Shown one piece after another: positions 1 to 12,400 of a DNA stretch of 64,000 nucleotides. A model generated the notes under the pieces. That model did not search any database, had not been told where the DNA came from, and saw nothing but the letters and a program-made list of their open reading frames with translations. Each line of letters opens with the position of its first letter. Position 1 is the first letter of the stretch. The position numbers were made by a program, and so were the translations under genes. The stretch spans positions 3,281,327 through 3,345,326 of the forward strand of contig NC_069001.1 of NCBI RefSeq assembly GCF_001194135.2, given 5' to 3'. This DNA is from Octopus bimaculoides (taxonomy: Eukaryota).

Positions 1-215
1 TGACACGTAATACTTAAATAGTGGAGGAGATATTATGTTGCCGTGTGCTCGAACTCTGCAAGAAGTTAATAATTTTTTTTGACTAAAACACAACTGGAAC
101 CCTAAGTAAGGCATGTGTAAAATTTGAATGAAATTGGTTGCGTAGTTCTCAAGTTTTAGGGATTCACACACAGACAGACAGACAGACATTCTCATTTTTA
201 TATATATATATATAT
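1..215 (+). mobile_element. Possible 3' end of a Helitron-like non-autonomous element
   Basis: AAATTTGAATGAAATTGGTTGCGTAGTTCTCAAG..(CAGA)n..TTTTATATATA architecture resembles recalled Helitron-derived interspersed repeats; truncated by the window edge. Confidence 0.3.
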
Positions 216-1171
216 ATATATGCTAGCTTCCTGGTAATAAATCGATATTAATTAATATCTGATTTTTACCCTATGTTTTAATTTAATTATATATATAGAT
301 AGATAGATAGATATGGATATATATGTGTGTGTGTGTATACACACACATGTGCATGTATATATATATATATATATAGATAGATAGATATATGTATGTATGT
401 ATAATACACACACACATATACGCATCTGTAAAGAATCGATTTGTTTGTGTGTGCAGTGGCCGAATAGTTGAGTTCGCTTTGCAAGTACGTTGTGCCAGGT
501 TCGATCCCATCCCTATGTACCATATCTTTCGCGGGTGTCTTCCCATACTTTATAAGTGAAACTGGTTAAACGTTGTACCTATAATTCTAAGTTACAGTTT
601 CTATCACACTGATTTTTCCTGAGAATTGCCTTAATGGTGCACGTGTCTGAAATGCTCACTCGCTCACACCATAATTGAGGAGCATGTAATTCCGTTGAAC
701 GAACAGCTGAATCCTCATCATTGAACGACGGAGAACCTTATGTATAAATGCATGTGTGTGTGTAGGCATTCGTATAGAATAAAGTCGGAAATTATCTAGT
801 AGACCAGAAAACTAATTTCTTCGGATCTGTATGTTTTAAGCATCGTAGATTACCAATCGCATCCTCGCATTTCTGTATATTTTCAGTTTTTTTTTAAAAT
901 TTCTTCAGATATATTTCAGATCTTCAAAACAAACTTATAAAACAAAATAGAATAATGAAACATTACAGAAAAGGGCGTGGTGTCACCGCTGCTAGTTTTT
1001 TCATTTCTTTCTTGTAGAACGCTACGACGCTAAAATAACTCACTGATCCGAAGAAACTACGGTTTTGGTTCACTAGATAATTTCGAAATTTATTCTATAG
1101 AAAGAATTAAAAATGTGTGTGTGTTTTATCTATACAATATTATAAATTTAATCTCAACAGCCAATTCATAT

Positions 1172-1710
1172 TACTGAACAGTTAGATCCAGGCCTCTCAC
1201 ACCCACCCAACAATGTCATTCTAAAAATAAGGCTTCACTGTGTGGTAAGAAGCTTGCTTCCCAACCCCATATTTCTGAGTTCAGTCCCACTACATGGCAC
1301 CTTGGGCTAGTGTCTTCTACTATGGTCCCAGACCAACAAAAGCCTTGTAACTGGATTTGGTAGACAGAAACTAAAAGAAGCCCACCATATCTATGTGTGT
1401 GTGTGTGTGTGTGTGTTTTTGCATCTGTTTGTTCCCCACCACTGCTGCTTGACAACTAGTGTTGATGTGTTTGTGCCCCTGTAATTTAGTGGTTTGACAA
1501 AAGATAATTACTAGGATCAATTCATTCAACAAAAATTTTTCATGGCAGTGCCCCAGCATGGCCACAGACTAACGACTGGAACAAGTAACAGCTAAATAGC
1601 AATCACATCATAGACATTTCAAAGCTCTAAGATAATGCACGATTAATTCAAAGCAAAGTGAATAAATTAGCATCTCATTAGACAGAGTAACCTGAATGCT
1701 AAACAATTAA
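1172..1710. mobile_element. TTAA-ended MITE interrupted by a SINE (1231-1591)
   Basis: 1172-1230 joined to 1592-1710 reconstitutes the repeat seen uninterrupted at 53725-53910; the right end is TTAA. Confidence 0.65.
1231..1591 (+). mobile_element. tRNA-derived CORE-like SINE (family A), near full length
   Basis: Head GTGTGGTAAGAAGCTTGCTTCCCAACC..GTTCAGTCCCAC, CORE-like CCTTGGGC(T/A)AGTG, (TG)n, and tail CCCCAGCATGGCCAC. Roughly 20 more full or partial copies are in the window (e.g. 15525, 26528, 33785, 43815, 46690, 54035). Confidence 0.8.
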
Positions 1711-3649
1711 GTAACCTTCATCTCCACAACTTCAAAATCGTTGGCAGCCGGATGGCAATGTATTGTTTGACTGGGCTTAGAAGCCACGATGCCTGGGTGA
1801 ACCTCTGGAATGAAATGTTTTGTGTGAGGAGAAACCACTACTATCTTTAGTTTCACTGGCAGCACATCATCATCATCATCATCATCATCATTATTATCTT
1901 AATGTCCGTTTCCCATGCTGGCATGGCTTGGACAGTTTGCCTGGATTTGCTGAGCTGCATGGCTGAATCATGCTCTATGTCAGCTTTAGCATTGCTTCTA
2001 CTGTTGGATGTTCTCCCTAACACCAACCACTTCACAGTGTGTACCTGGGGTGGCTTTTTTTGCGACCCCCCCCCCACTCTTGACTAAGAGTGTGTGTGTT
2101 GAGGGAGAGGGTGTTCAAGGGGGTGGTGAGATTTTTATGCCAGGGACCAGCAGAAGTGTTTTGCTATGGAGAGACTACTTGGCTACCTCACATTTATATA
2201 AGGGTGGGAGTATCTAAGAACAAGGTGAGATGATACTTTTTGGTTATCTCACCCCCATTAAAAAATTGGATTATCCCCCCACAAAAAAATCGAATTAATG
2301 TGGCGACAAGAGATTGGATTAAAAGAGTTGGATCCTTTTGATTCAGTTCTTCAACACATTGTTGATGTTTGGCCTCCGCAATAGGCGTTGTATTTGTTAT
2401 AAATATGTTATCAGATTCAGTAAGATGTTTAATTTTTTCAGTTTTCATGTTTATTAATTTTTTCAGTTTTGTATGATTTGTTATAATAATATTATCAGAT
2501 TCAAAACGATGTTTCATCTTTCCACTTATGGCACTTTGGGCTAGTGTCTTCTATTATAGTCTCAGGCTGACCAATGCCTTGTAACTGGATTTGGTAGACG
2601 GAAACTGAAAGAAGCCCACCATATATTTAGTTGGCCCAAGGCTATTGTAGAAGATACTTGCTCAAGCTGGCATGCAGTGGGACTTAACCTAGAACCATGT
2701 AGTTGGGAAGCAAGCATCTTACCACATAGCCATGCTTGTGCCTATGTGCTTTCTTTTAATAAAGTAGAATGTGATTTGAGGAAGATTTGACAGGTGTTCC
2801 TAGCAAATCAGATGACCATATAGAGGCTTTCTTATTGGTATATATGTAATATTTGTGTGTAGAGTTGTTGTGCATATCAGCTCTTATCAAGTAAACCTGT
2901 AATAAAAAGGTGCCATGAAGATTTGGTTGCTATTTTTATCAATATGATTGACCATACAGATCATGGGTCCCAAACTTTTTAGACCATCGACCTTGACCCT
3001 TCATCGACCCCCAGGCATGTACAAGAAAGAAAAAAAAAATAATAATAATAATAAAGTAGATGAGACTGGAGTCTGGTGCAGCCTTCCAGCTTACCAGCCC
3101 TGGTCAAAACGTCCTATCCATGCCAGCATGGACAATGGACATTAGATGATGACGATGGTGTGCATTTATCAACCCTTTGTATAGTCCCATCAACCCCCAG
3201 GGGTCGATATCTCCACTTTGGAGACCCCCTGATATAAGATGCTCTGTTACTGGCTAGATGTTTAAGGTGATGAAGGTGGTGGTGTCAAGTGGAAGTGAGA
3301 GGGGGGTAACAGTGATGGTTGATGATGGTGGTGGTGGTGATGGCAGGGAATTGTGAAGATGATTGTGACCTGAGGATGGTAGTATGTGGTTGTGGTGGAG
3401 ATTTTAGTGTGTGTGTGTGTGTTTTAGATGAGTTGTAGCAAGTTTGGAAATTGCTGGATGAGAGGCCACTTATAACATCAAAGTGGTTTAGTGATTTAAG
3501 ACATGCTATAAAGACGAAGGAGGAGGAATTTTATAGCATGTATGAGGTGGGAGGTAGTAGTTGGGGAATTGGAGTGAGGGAGGTACAGTGGGAGTGGCGG
3601 GTAGAGGGGAAAGAGGTGGGGGAGGAAATGAATAGATTAAGAATGATAA

Positions 3650-4200
3650 GTTGAAAAAAGAGCTTGAGAGAAAGAGGAGGAAGGAAGGAATAGATAAAGG
3701 AGTGATAGATGAGGAGAAGGAGGAGGTGAAGAGGAGATAGAGAGTGGATAAATAAAGAAGTGATAATTTAAGAGAGAGAGAGTTTCTTGAGGAAAAATAT
3801 ATTGACAGAGATAAAGAGGGAGGAATAGAAGGAGGTACAGATGAAAAAGCAACAGAGAGGGGGAGAGATATAAAAAAAAAGCAAGAAATAGAGAGAGGGG
3901 GAGAGAGATTTAAAGAAAGAAAGCAAGAAATAGAGAGAGGGAGAAGGAGGGGGAGAGAGCAGAGTAGATTTTTTTAAAAAAAGCAAAAAATACAGAAAGA
4001 GGGGGAGAAGGAGAGGAATAGATAAAAGAAAGCAACAAACAGGGAGAGAGAGAGAGAGAGAAGAATTGATAAAAAGCAACAAATAGAGAGAGGGATCGAG
4101 GAGGGGGAGGAAGAAGAGGAATAGCTAGAGACAAAAATTAAAAAAAGAAGAGGAATTGAGTCGGAGGTGGTGAAGAAATAAAGAAATATGAGACAGATAG
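3650..4200. repeat. Polypurine (GA-rich) low-complexity tract
   Basis: The + strand is overwhelmingly A/G, with recurring AAAGCAAGAAATAGAGAGAGGG subunits. Confidence 0.85.
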
Positions 4201-4488
4201 AGGAAGTTTGTGTTTGCATGTTTTGTGTGTGTGTTGTGATAGTACTTAAGGTCAATTAATCTAGAATAAACTTAAACTATTTGTAGTTTTTCTGCTACAG
4301 TTGGTGTCTTGTGCCTGTACAGAAGTGGTAGTTATTATTGTATGTTTGTGTGTGTGTGTGTGATCCAACAGCTTGCACACCCATGTAAAATTTTAATGGT
4401 CCATTCAATGCATTTCATTTAATGAGGTGAGTTGATTTTTTTGTTTTAAATGTGTGTGTGTGTGTGTGCAAAGCCATCTCAAGCCCCA

Positions 4489-4554
4489 CCAGTCCAGTTC
4501 AGTCCAGACCAGACTAGACCAGATCAGACCAGACCAGATCAGATCAGACCAGAC
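4489..4554. repeat. (CAGAC/CAGAT)n pentanucleotide repeat
   Basis: CCAGTCCAGTTCAGTCCAGACCAGACTAGACCAGATCAGACC... Confidence 0.85.
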
Positions 4555-6195
4555 ATATGAACAAATCAATCATAAATTATAGACATCTTTGACAATGAAG
4601 GACAAAAAAAAAAAAAAACATATATGTATAGGTGTGTATGTTTGCTCAAGTTTGTTTCTGTATGTGTGTGTGTTTTGAAAATGTGTTTTGTGAATGTGTG
4701 TGTGTTTTTGTGAATTCTCATGGCCAATAAACTTTATTAGTCTTCTAAACTTTATAATGTCAGATTTTTACCTTTGCAGATTGTCACCAATTTCCCTGGT
4801 TTATGAATTTTACTAAATTTTAATCATTATATTAACAAAGAGACATTTTAATTGAATGTGTATGTTATCTCACTCTATGTGTGTTTAAATTGTGTATTTA
4901 TGTATATATTATATATATAGATATATGTGTGTGTGGCTAAATATGTTTACGTGTATCTGTGTAGAAAATGTAGAAAATATCACCAACCCTCTCCTGTTTC
5001 CAAGTTAGGTAATAATTCTTAATGGCCAGACATGTTTTTTTACAAAAGACTGCAAACTAATAACCTCGCTTGTATGACAGTGATGCTCATTTACAACCAT
5101 CACACAATGTTACGGCAAGCGTACACACACACACACACACACACACATTCATACATACATATACAGTAGAACCTCATAGAATGAGTGCACCATTGTATGA
5201 GTAATTTACTGTATGAGCTGAGGCACACTAAATTTTAAATGTTTTTTTTTCAGAAACAGAAATATAGTTTACATATCTGTCGTATACGTCAGTTTTGTTT
5301 TTTCGCTTTAAAGGTAAACTATTCTGATAGAAGCAAATACAACCAAGATATCTTGCAGTGGAATTGAACCCAAAATCATATGATTCAGAAGTAAACTTCT
5401 TGTCTGCACAGTTCTCATCCTTTCGCTCGGCAATTCTCTGATTCTTCTCCACTGGCAAATCGACATCAGTTTCAGCTCCGGTTTCCTCACTATCAGATGA
5501 AGGGCAAAAGCAATGGAACCTCATTCTACAGTCCTCATGGCCAATAAACTTTATATTGTCTGATTTCTGTCAGTGCAGACTATCACCAGTTTTCTTGGAT
5601 TCTGAATTTTACTCAATTTTAATATAATGGTTAATGAGGAGATACTTTAATTAAATGATATTGTATTGCCAAATTCAGACACTTTTATACAGAACCAATT
5701 AATATTTTTTGTGACTTGGCAAAGCAGATATAGAAAGTTGCTATTGACTTGAAGCACATGCCTGAATGAATATGTGTGTATTTGAGCATGAATATGTATA
5801 CGAATTAAGATTCATTTGAATTAGGTACTTAAATTGAGGCACCTCGTTAGGTCAGAATAATACACTCACACAATAATACTATGTAAATATCAAACTTGGT
5901 ACATAAGTACTTGCCGAATGATATTCTTGCAGTGTATGTAGGCAATTAGACCCAGCTGAATGAAGAAATCCACGCTTGAGCTATTCAGACATGTTAATCA
6001 TATTAAATATACGGTCCATAATATTTACGAAGGACAGGTGAATAAAATATAAATGAGTAACAGTAGAGTACTACGTTAAGGGTACATGTGTCTGTGGAGT
6101 GCTCAGCCACTTGCACATTAATTTCACGAGAAGGCTCTTCTGTTGATCGGATCAACTGGGACCCTTGTCATAACCAATGGAGTGCCATGACAACA

Positions 6196-6243
<48 letters not shown>

Positions 6244-7308
6244 TAAGGCTTTTCACGTCTGTGCTCTTTCCAAAACTTGCACCATAACACCCTCAAGAGT
6301 TTCAGACCTCACTTCTCTGATATCTCTATTGATGTTCTCTGGCATGAGGCTTTGGTAGGCCCACAGTTACATTAGAAGACACTTGTCCAAGGTACCATAC
6401 AGTGGGACTGAACCTGAAATCATGTAGTTGTGAAACAAACTTCTTAACCACACGGCTACACCTGTGACTATTATTTATGTATGTTACTACTACCCCCCCC
6501 ACACACACACACAATCAGGTTCTGCTCAGTTTCTATCAATCAGATTATCTAATTCCATTTCCAAGTTATTGGTCAGTGCAGCACAGTGGGATTGAACCAA
6601 GAACCACATGGTTGTCAGGTTGTCAGGTTCCCTTCTTAACTACAAAACTATGCCTGCAAATGCAGTTTGAAGGATTATTTTTACTTTACAAGTGTGACTT
6701 CAACTATTTGTTTGTTTATTTCATTTGGCAGGTGTGGTTTTTTTGAATAAATCTGTCAAGAATGTGTGTGTGACCCCACACTGACAGGTTTGATAATTTG
6801 ATAAAACAATGTCTCTGTAGATTAACTTTTAATCTACATCAACCTTTTATGTTTAACCAATTTGTATTGTAATTTTAAATGTAACAAGCTGATAAAGAGA
6901 CTATGTATCTGTCTTTTCAACTGAGTGTGTGTCTGTACTTGTGCTCAACAATGAATTAACCAAACACATATTTGCTCTTCTTTTTCAACTCATTGTTTTT
7001 GTGTGTGTGATGGACTCTCCCATGGAAGACAACATATGAGTGATCAGTTTTTGTCAGTTGACCTGCACAGATGATTTGTTTATAATGATCAAATGTTCAT
7101 GCTGCACATTAGCTCACTCTCTCCATCAAATGGACATTGTCGACAGAGATGAACTGTGTGCGACACGTCAGGTGTCAAAGTGATTGTAGAGCAATGTGAG
7201 ATGAAGTATCTTGCTCAAGAACGCAACACACACCACCTTGTTTAGGAAGTGAAACCATGATCTCACAATTGTGAGTGCAACACCCTAACCACTAGGCCAT
7301 ACATATAT

Positions 7309-8200
7309 ATAAAAGAGTGTATATAATATTTTTATGCACAGAGAGGAGACCTCTGACAGGACTCTTTACATGCTAGAAAGGGCAGTCAAAACCCAAACCA
7401 CACAAAAAAGAATTCATGAGATACACCGTTATAATGCCAGAATGAACAAAAAATGAATTAGTTAATCTCAAACTCGAGTTTCACTATTAATTGCCAAATA
7501 TACTAATTTGGAATCTGTAGATCATCAGCAGGATTGCTAATTTATGAATAATTACATAGTTGCAAACATATACTGAAAACACGTGTGTATTTTATACACT
7601 CTTATATTCTTTTAAATAAATATGTTATGTCTTATGACTTCTATTTATGCATGCTAATCACTGGTAATAAATTATTTTATTACCCTCATATTTACGATAG
7701 TAATATTTATAATTCTGAGGCTATATGAGACACAGTTTTAAATTTGTTTATTTACTGCTGGACTATATATTTATGCTCACACACTAAGTCTGAATCCATA
7801 ATGGATAAAGATGTAGCTGTCTTGCACACGTGTTTTCGGTATGTATTTGCAACTACATAATTATTCATAAATTAGCGATCCCGCTGACGATCTACAGATT
7901 CCAAATTAGTATATTTGGCAATTAATAGTGAATCTCGAGTTTGCGATTAACAGATTCATTTTTTGTTCAATCTGGTGTTATAACAACGTACCTCATGAAT
8001 TCTTTTTTTTGTGGTTTGGGTTTTGACTGCCCTTTCTAGCATGTAAGGAGTCCTGTCAAAGGTCTCCTCTCTGTGTTTAAAAATATTTTATACACTCTTA
8101 TATTTAAAAAAAAAGAATTATATCTTATGACTTTTATTCATGCATGCTAACCACTGATAATAAATTATTTTATTGCCCTCATATTTACAATAGTATATAT
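7309..8200. repeat. ~280-bp inverted repeat plus ~115-bp direct repeat
   Basis: 7309-7587 is the diverged reverse complement of 7825-8102; 7588-7705 recurs directly at 8085-8200. Confidence 0.85.
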
Positions 8201-8350
8201 NNNNNNNNNNNNNNNNNNNNNNNNNNNNNNNNATATATATATATATAATCCTAGCTGTTTCCTCTTGAAACACATCTGCTGATTTCTAACTAAATATAAA
8301 TGTTTCATCCATAAAATTTGTATTATTCAGTTTGCCGCCTTAATAATAAT

Positions 8351-8563
8351 TCCAAATTTTGGCACAAGGCCAGCAATTCTGGATGGTGTGGGGAGTGATT
8401 ACATCAACCCCAGTACTCAACTTGTACCTAATTTTACAACCCCAAAAGGATGAAAGGCAAAGTTGACCTTGGCAGAATTTTTCAACTTAGAATGTAAAGA
8501 TGGATAACATACTGCTGTGCATTTTGTCTGGCATGCCAACAAATCTGCCAGCTCACCACCTTA
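8351..8563 (-). mobile_element. tRNA-derived SINE family B; other copies near 19733, 45240, 45570, 45744, 49770, 51821 and 59770
   Basis: Conserved block GTTCAAATTCTGC.GAGGT.GACTTTGCCTTTCATCCTTT.GGGGT.GATAAA..AAGTACCAG. It resembles the Nin-type SINE domain from memory (unverified). Confidence 0.7.
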
Positions 8564-9413
8564 ATACTATTGATAATAATAATAGCTGAATTGATTGTGA
8601 AAAATGTAATAGATGAAGATGAATAGATAGCCATCATTTCAATTCATGTTCCATATGTTTCAGTAACATGGTCATTTATTTGCACATGATGTATTACAGA
8701 ATATGATATGATATCGCATAATTTTCATTATTTAATATGCTTTATTACTTGCCATTTCATCAAGCATAATAAACCATCAAAAGATAGATTGGTCTCCAAA
8801 GAATTCGATTTCATAAAAAATATGGAGGATGTTACATTACTCATGCTAGCAATAGGATGGTATTAGATTAGAAACATGACCAATCAGCTAGTGCTTCCAC
8901 AGCAATGACTGTTTGCTCCATACAAGTGAGAGTGGTTAGTAGCTTCAAGTACAATTCTGTATATACTTTCCAACAAATAGTTCCATTAATGGTTATATGA
9001 CTAATAATTTCTAATCCAGATGATATGTTGCTGATAAGATTTCATTTCAAAGATTGGAGCATCATCAACATGCTGCAAGATAAAAACCTGAATATAAAGT
9101 AAGGGGCAAAGACCAAAAATTTATAAAACAACAAAAAAGATTTAAAAAATTAAAAGATAAAAACAATTAAAAAATAAATTAGTATCAATAATAATTCTTT
9201 ATGCTATAAGCAAAAGGCCTGAAATTTGTGGGGAGGGGGATTGTAAATTTCAAGTGGTGGTGGGTGGACAAACACAGACACACACATGTGCATACATACA
9301 TATATATGTATATATACATATATTTATATGTGATGATATTTTGATAAATTAAAACAGTTTTTTTTTTTTTCTTTTCAGATGCTAAATCATTTCTAGTTAA
9401 AGAGCGGAATATT

Positions 9414-12400
9414 ATGGTGGCAAATGTTGTCCGAATAAACAAGTTGGTGTTTTTGTTTCTCGGGTTTCTTGGTGTTGTTATTGTCTACTTCTTAATCAAT
9501 TTAAATCCAGTAGCCATGAGTTCAGAACACACGTCTAGCAAGCTTCACAAAAGAATTACATGGCACAACCAGGCCTTCGTTAATGTCCCGACAGAAATTG
9601 TTGAGGCAGCGAAATCCATAAGTGTAAATTCTGAAATGATTGAAATGGTATACCAGTCTGAGGTAAGCGATCATTGATTTGGAAATATGGAAACGAGATT
9701 CGGTGACTTTCATTCCTTTCTTAAAAAGTACATGCCACCTTGGGCAAGTATCTTCTACTATAGCCTTGGGCTGACTAAAGCTTTGTGAGTGGATTTGGTA
9801 GACAGAAACTGAAAGAAGCTTCTTGTGTGTGTGTGTGTGTGTGTGTTATAGGTGCAGGTTCAATCCCACTGCACTATGTGTTGCAACCAAAGCCTTGTGA
9901 GTCAATTTGGTGGACGGAAACTGAAAGAAGCTTCTTGTGTGTGTGTGTGTTATAGGTGCAGGTTCAATCCCACTGCACTATGTGTTGCAACCAAAGCCTT
10001 GTGAGTCAATTTGGTGGACGGAAACTGAAAGAAGCTTCTTGTGTGTGTGTGTGTGTTATAGGTGCAGGTTCAATCCCACTGCACTATGTGTTGCAACCAA
10101 AGCCTTGTGAGTCAATTTGGTAGACAGAAACTGAAAGAAGCTTCTTGTGTGTGTGTGTGTGTGTTATAGGTGCAGGTTCAATCCCACTGCACTATGTGTT
10201 GCAACCAAAGCCTTGTCAGTCAATTTGGTGGACGGAAACTGAAAGAAGCGCATTGCATATGTACATATGTATTAGCCTAAGCATTTGTGGTCGAGCAGTC
10301 CTCACGATGTCTACAGAATAGATGAAACTAGACGTCTAATCTGAGGATTTTCGTGTCGGCATGGAGCAGTTTCCTCCCCTGTCATCATGTATTCATCTGT
10401 GTTCTTCCTACAACATTAAGAATATTTCAAGCAATGTAGGGTGTGTTGGTACCCTTAGTCAAACTTAGTGATGGATGAATATTTCCTTTATGGTATCACA
10501 TAGTGCCTAGTTGTTTATATTAATTTTAAGTTTCCAGTCTCATACCATTACGTGTATTGTTTTTATAAGTAATTACTTAACTAAATATGATCCAGCAGCA
10601 GTTGTGTCCTGGCACTTCATCAGGTAGATTGCTTTTAAAGCACTGCAGGATTGTGTTCAGTCTCCTCTCTTTTAAAGGCCTTTGCATAATTAGCTTTCTT
10701 TCTTTACCAAGTAACTCATAGATGTATATGTGGTTGTGTGTGTGTGTGTGTGTGCACACAGGCGTGTTTGTGTTTTCTTGTCTTGACATTGCACGCGTGT
10801 GTTGTTACTGAATGTATTCATAATGCCAACCACTTTACAGAATGTACAAAGGGTGCTTTTTTTTTTTGTGGCACCAGCATTGGTGAGGTCACCAAGTATT
10901 TAGGTATATTCAGTGACTCACCTCACATCAGGCATAGACACTGAGTCTCTACACCAGTGGGTCTGTGGCTCCCTAGGGGATCGCAAAGCAATTTTAAGGG
11001 GACCGCAAAGGGACACTGAAGTATTGTGAAATCGGGGTGGCTTGAGACAGTTAAGTGTAAAGATTTTAAGACTTTCAATTTTTCGCATGCTATCATCCCT
11101 TTTTGTCTTTGGCCTCAAAAACCCACACCACTCCTACACACTCATTTGCTAATCACGCTTGTACAAGTGTGACTGGCCAATAGAAAAAATGTGGGTATAA
11201 TGGTTGACCGTGCATGTGCTGTTGGTATTTTTCGTTTCTTATTTGTTTTGTAACCAATTGATCAACTGATTCCCCATATTTTCATGTGCTTTTATTGTAT
11301 CCCAATGGGGCATTGCCTGGATTAAGTTGTGGTTTTTTGGGGTTGCCGGTCTATGGGCAGTGTGTTTCATAGTCTGGAAATTGCGGTTTATGAATGTATG
11401 TCATTTTTTTCCATGCTGGTTATCCTGCATTTTATAGGGGACCGAGAATCATTGAGAAAACTGTAAGGAAACCAGCAGGTAAAATTTTTTGGAAAGCTTG
11501 AGAACCATTGCTCTACACAGACATTGAACTATCACCCCCACCAACATTGCCATCACCACCATCACACTCTCACACATAAGATATAGACATTAACACACTG
11601 CTACCACCTCACACACACACCCACACATGTACATAGACACTTACATCCTATTGCCACCACCCCTTATATTCTACCTCTTGATATAAGGTCCTGTACCTTT
11701 AATTGCTAATCACATTTACCTTTCTGCCGTTTCCACAGAACATTGTCATATCCACAAAGGAGGCAGTTCCAAAAAAGATGCCAAAAGTGGAGGTTCTCTT
11801 GTTGCATGGTGCTGCATTCAGTTCACAGAACTGGCAGGACATTGGCACACTTCAGTTCCTTGCTGCAGCTGGCTACCAAGCAGTTGCAATCGATCTTCCA
11901 GGTAACAGTGCTTTATTTTCTTATATTGTTGCTATTATGCAAAAGTGCTGTAAGTCCAAAGCATTGCTTTTCCAGAAAATGGAAAAATAGTTTCACCATT
12001 CCATAGCAAAACCATTCTACTACACCTTTGATAATTTTTAATATCTTGGCATCTTTTTATTTATTTGATGTTTCAGTCTCTCTGTTTTTTATCTCTTTTA
12101 CTTGTTTGACTCGTTGGACTGTGGACATACGGGGCCACCACCTTCAAGGGTTTAGTTGAACAAATCCAACCCATTGTGCTCTCAGTCATTTATATGCTAT
12201 TGAAACCAGATGAATTGAGACAGTAATCATCATTTAATGTCTGTTGGACAGTTTGACCAGGGCTGGTAAGTTGAAGGGTTGCACCAGACTCCAGTCTGGT
12301 TTCTATGGCTGGATGCCCTTCCCAATACCTACCACTTTGAGAGTATAATGGGTGCTTCTACGTGCCACTGGCACGGGTGTCAGTTTGTGTGACACCAGTG

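Noticed and set aside
2194-2517. 107-aa minus ORF with an internal ESDNIxITNxT repeat
   Set aside because: Explained by a short AT-rich direct repeat; no splice partners or recognised homology.
5228-5524. 98-aa minus ORF with an acidic, protein-like start
   Set aside because: Its second half overlaps a decayed SINE head, splice signals are weak and no homology was recognised.
9811-10248. CRISPR-like regular repeat
   Set aside because: There are no unique spacers, the units are SINE-derived and the context is eukaryotic.
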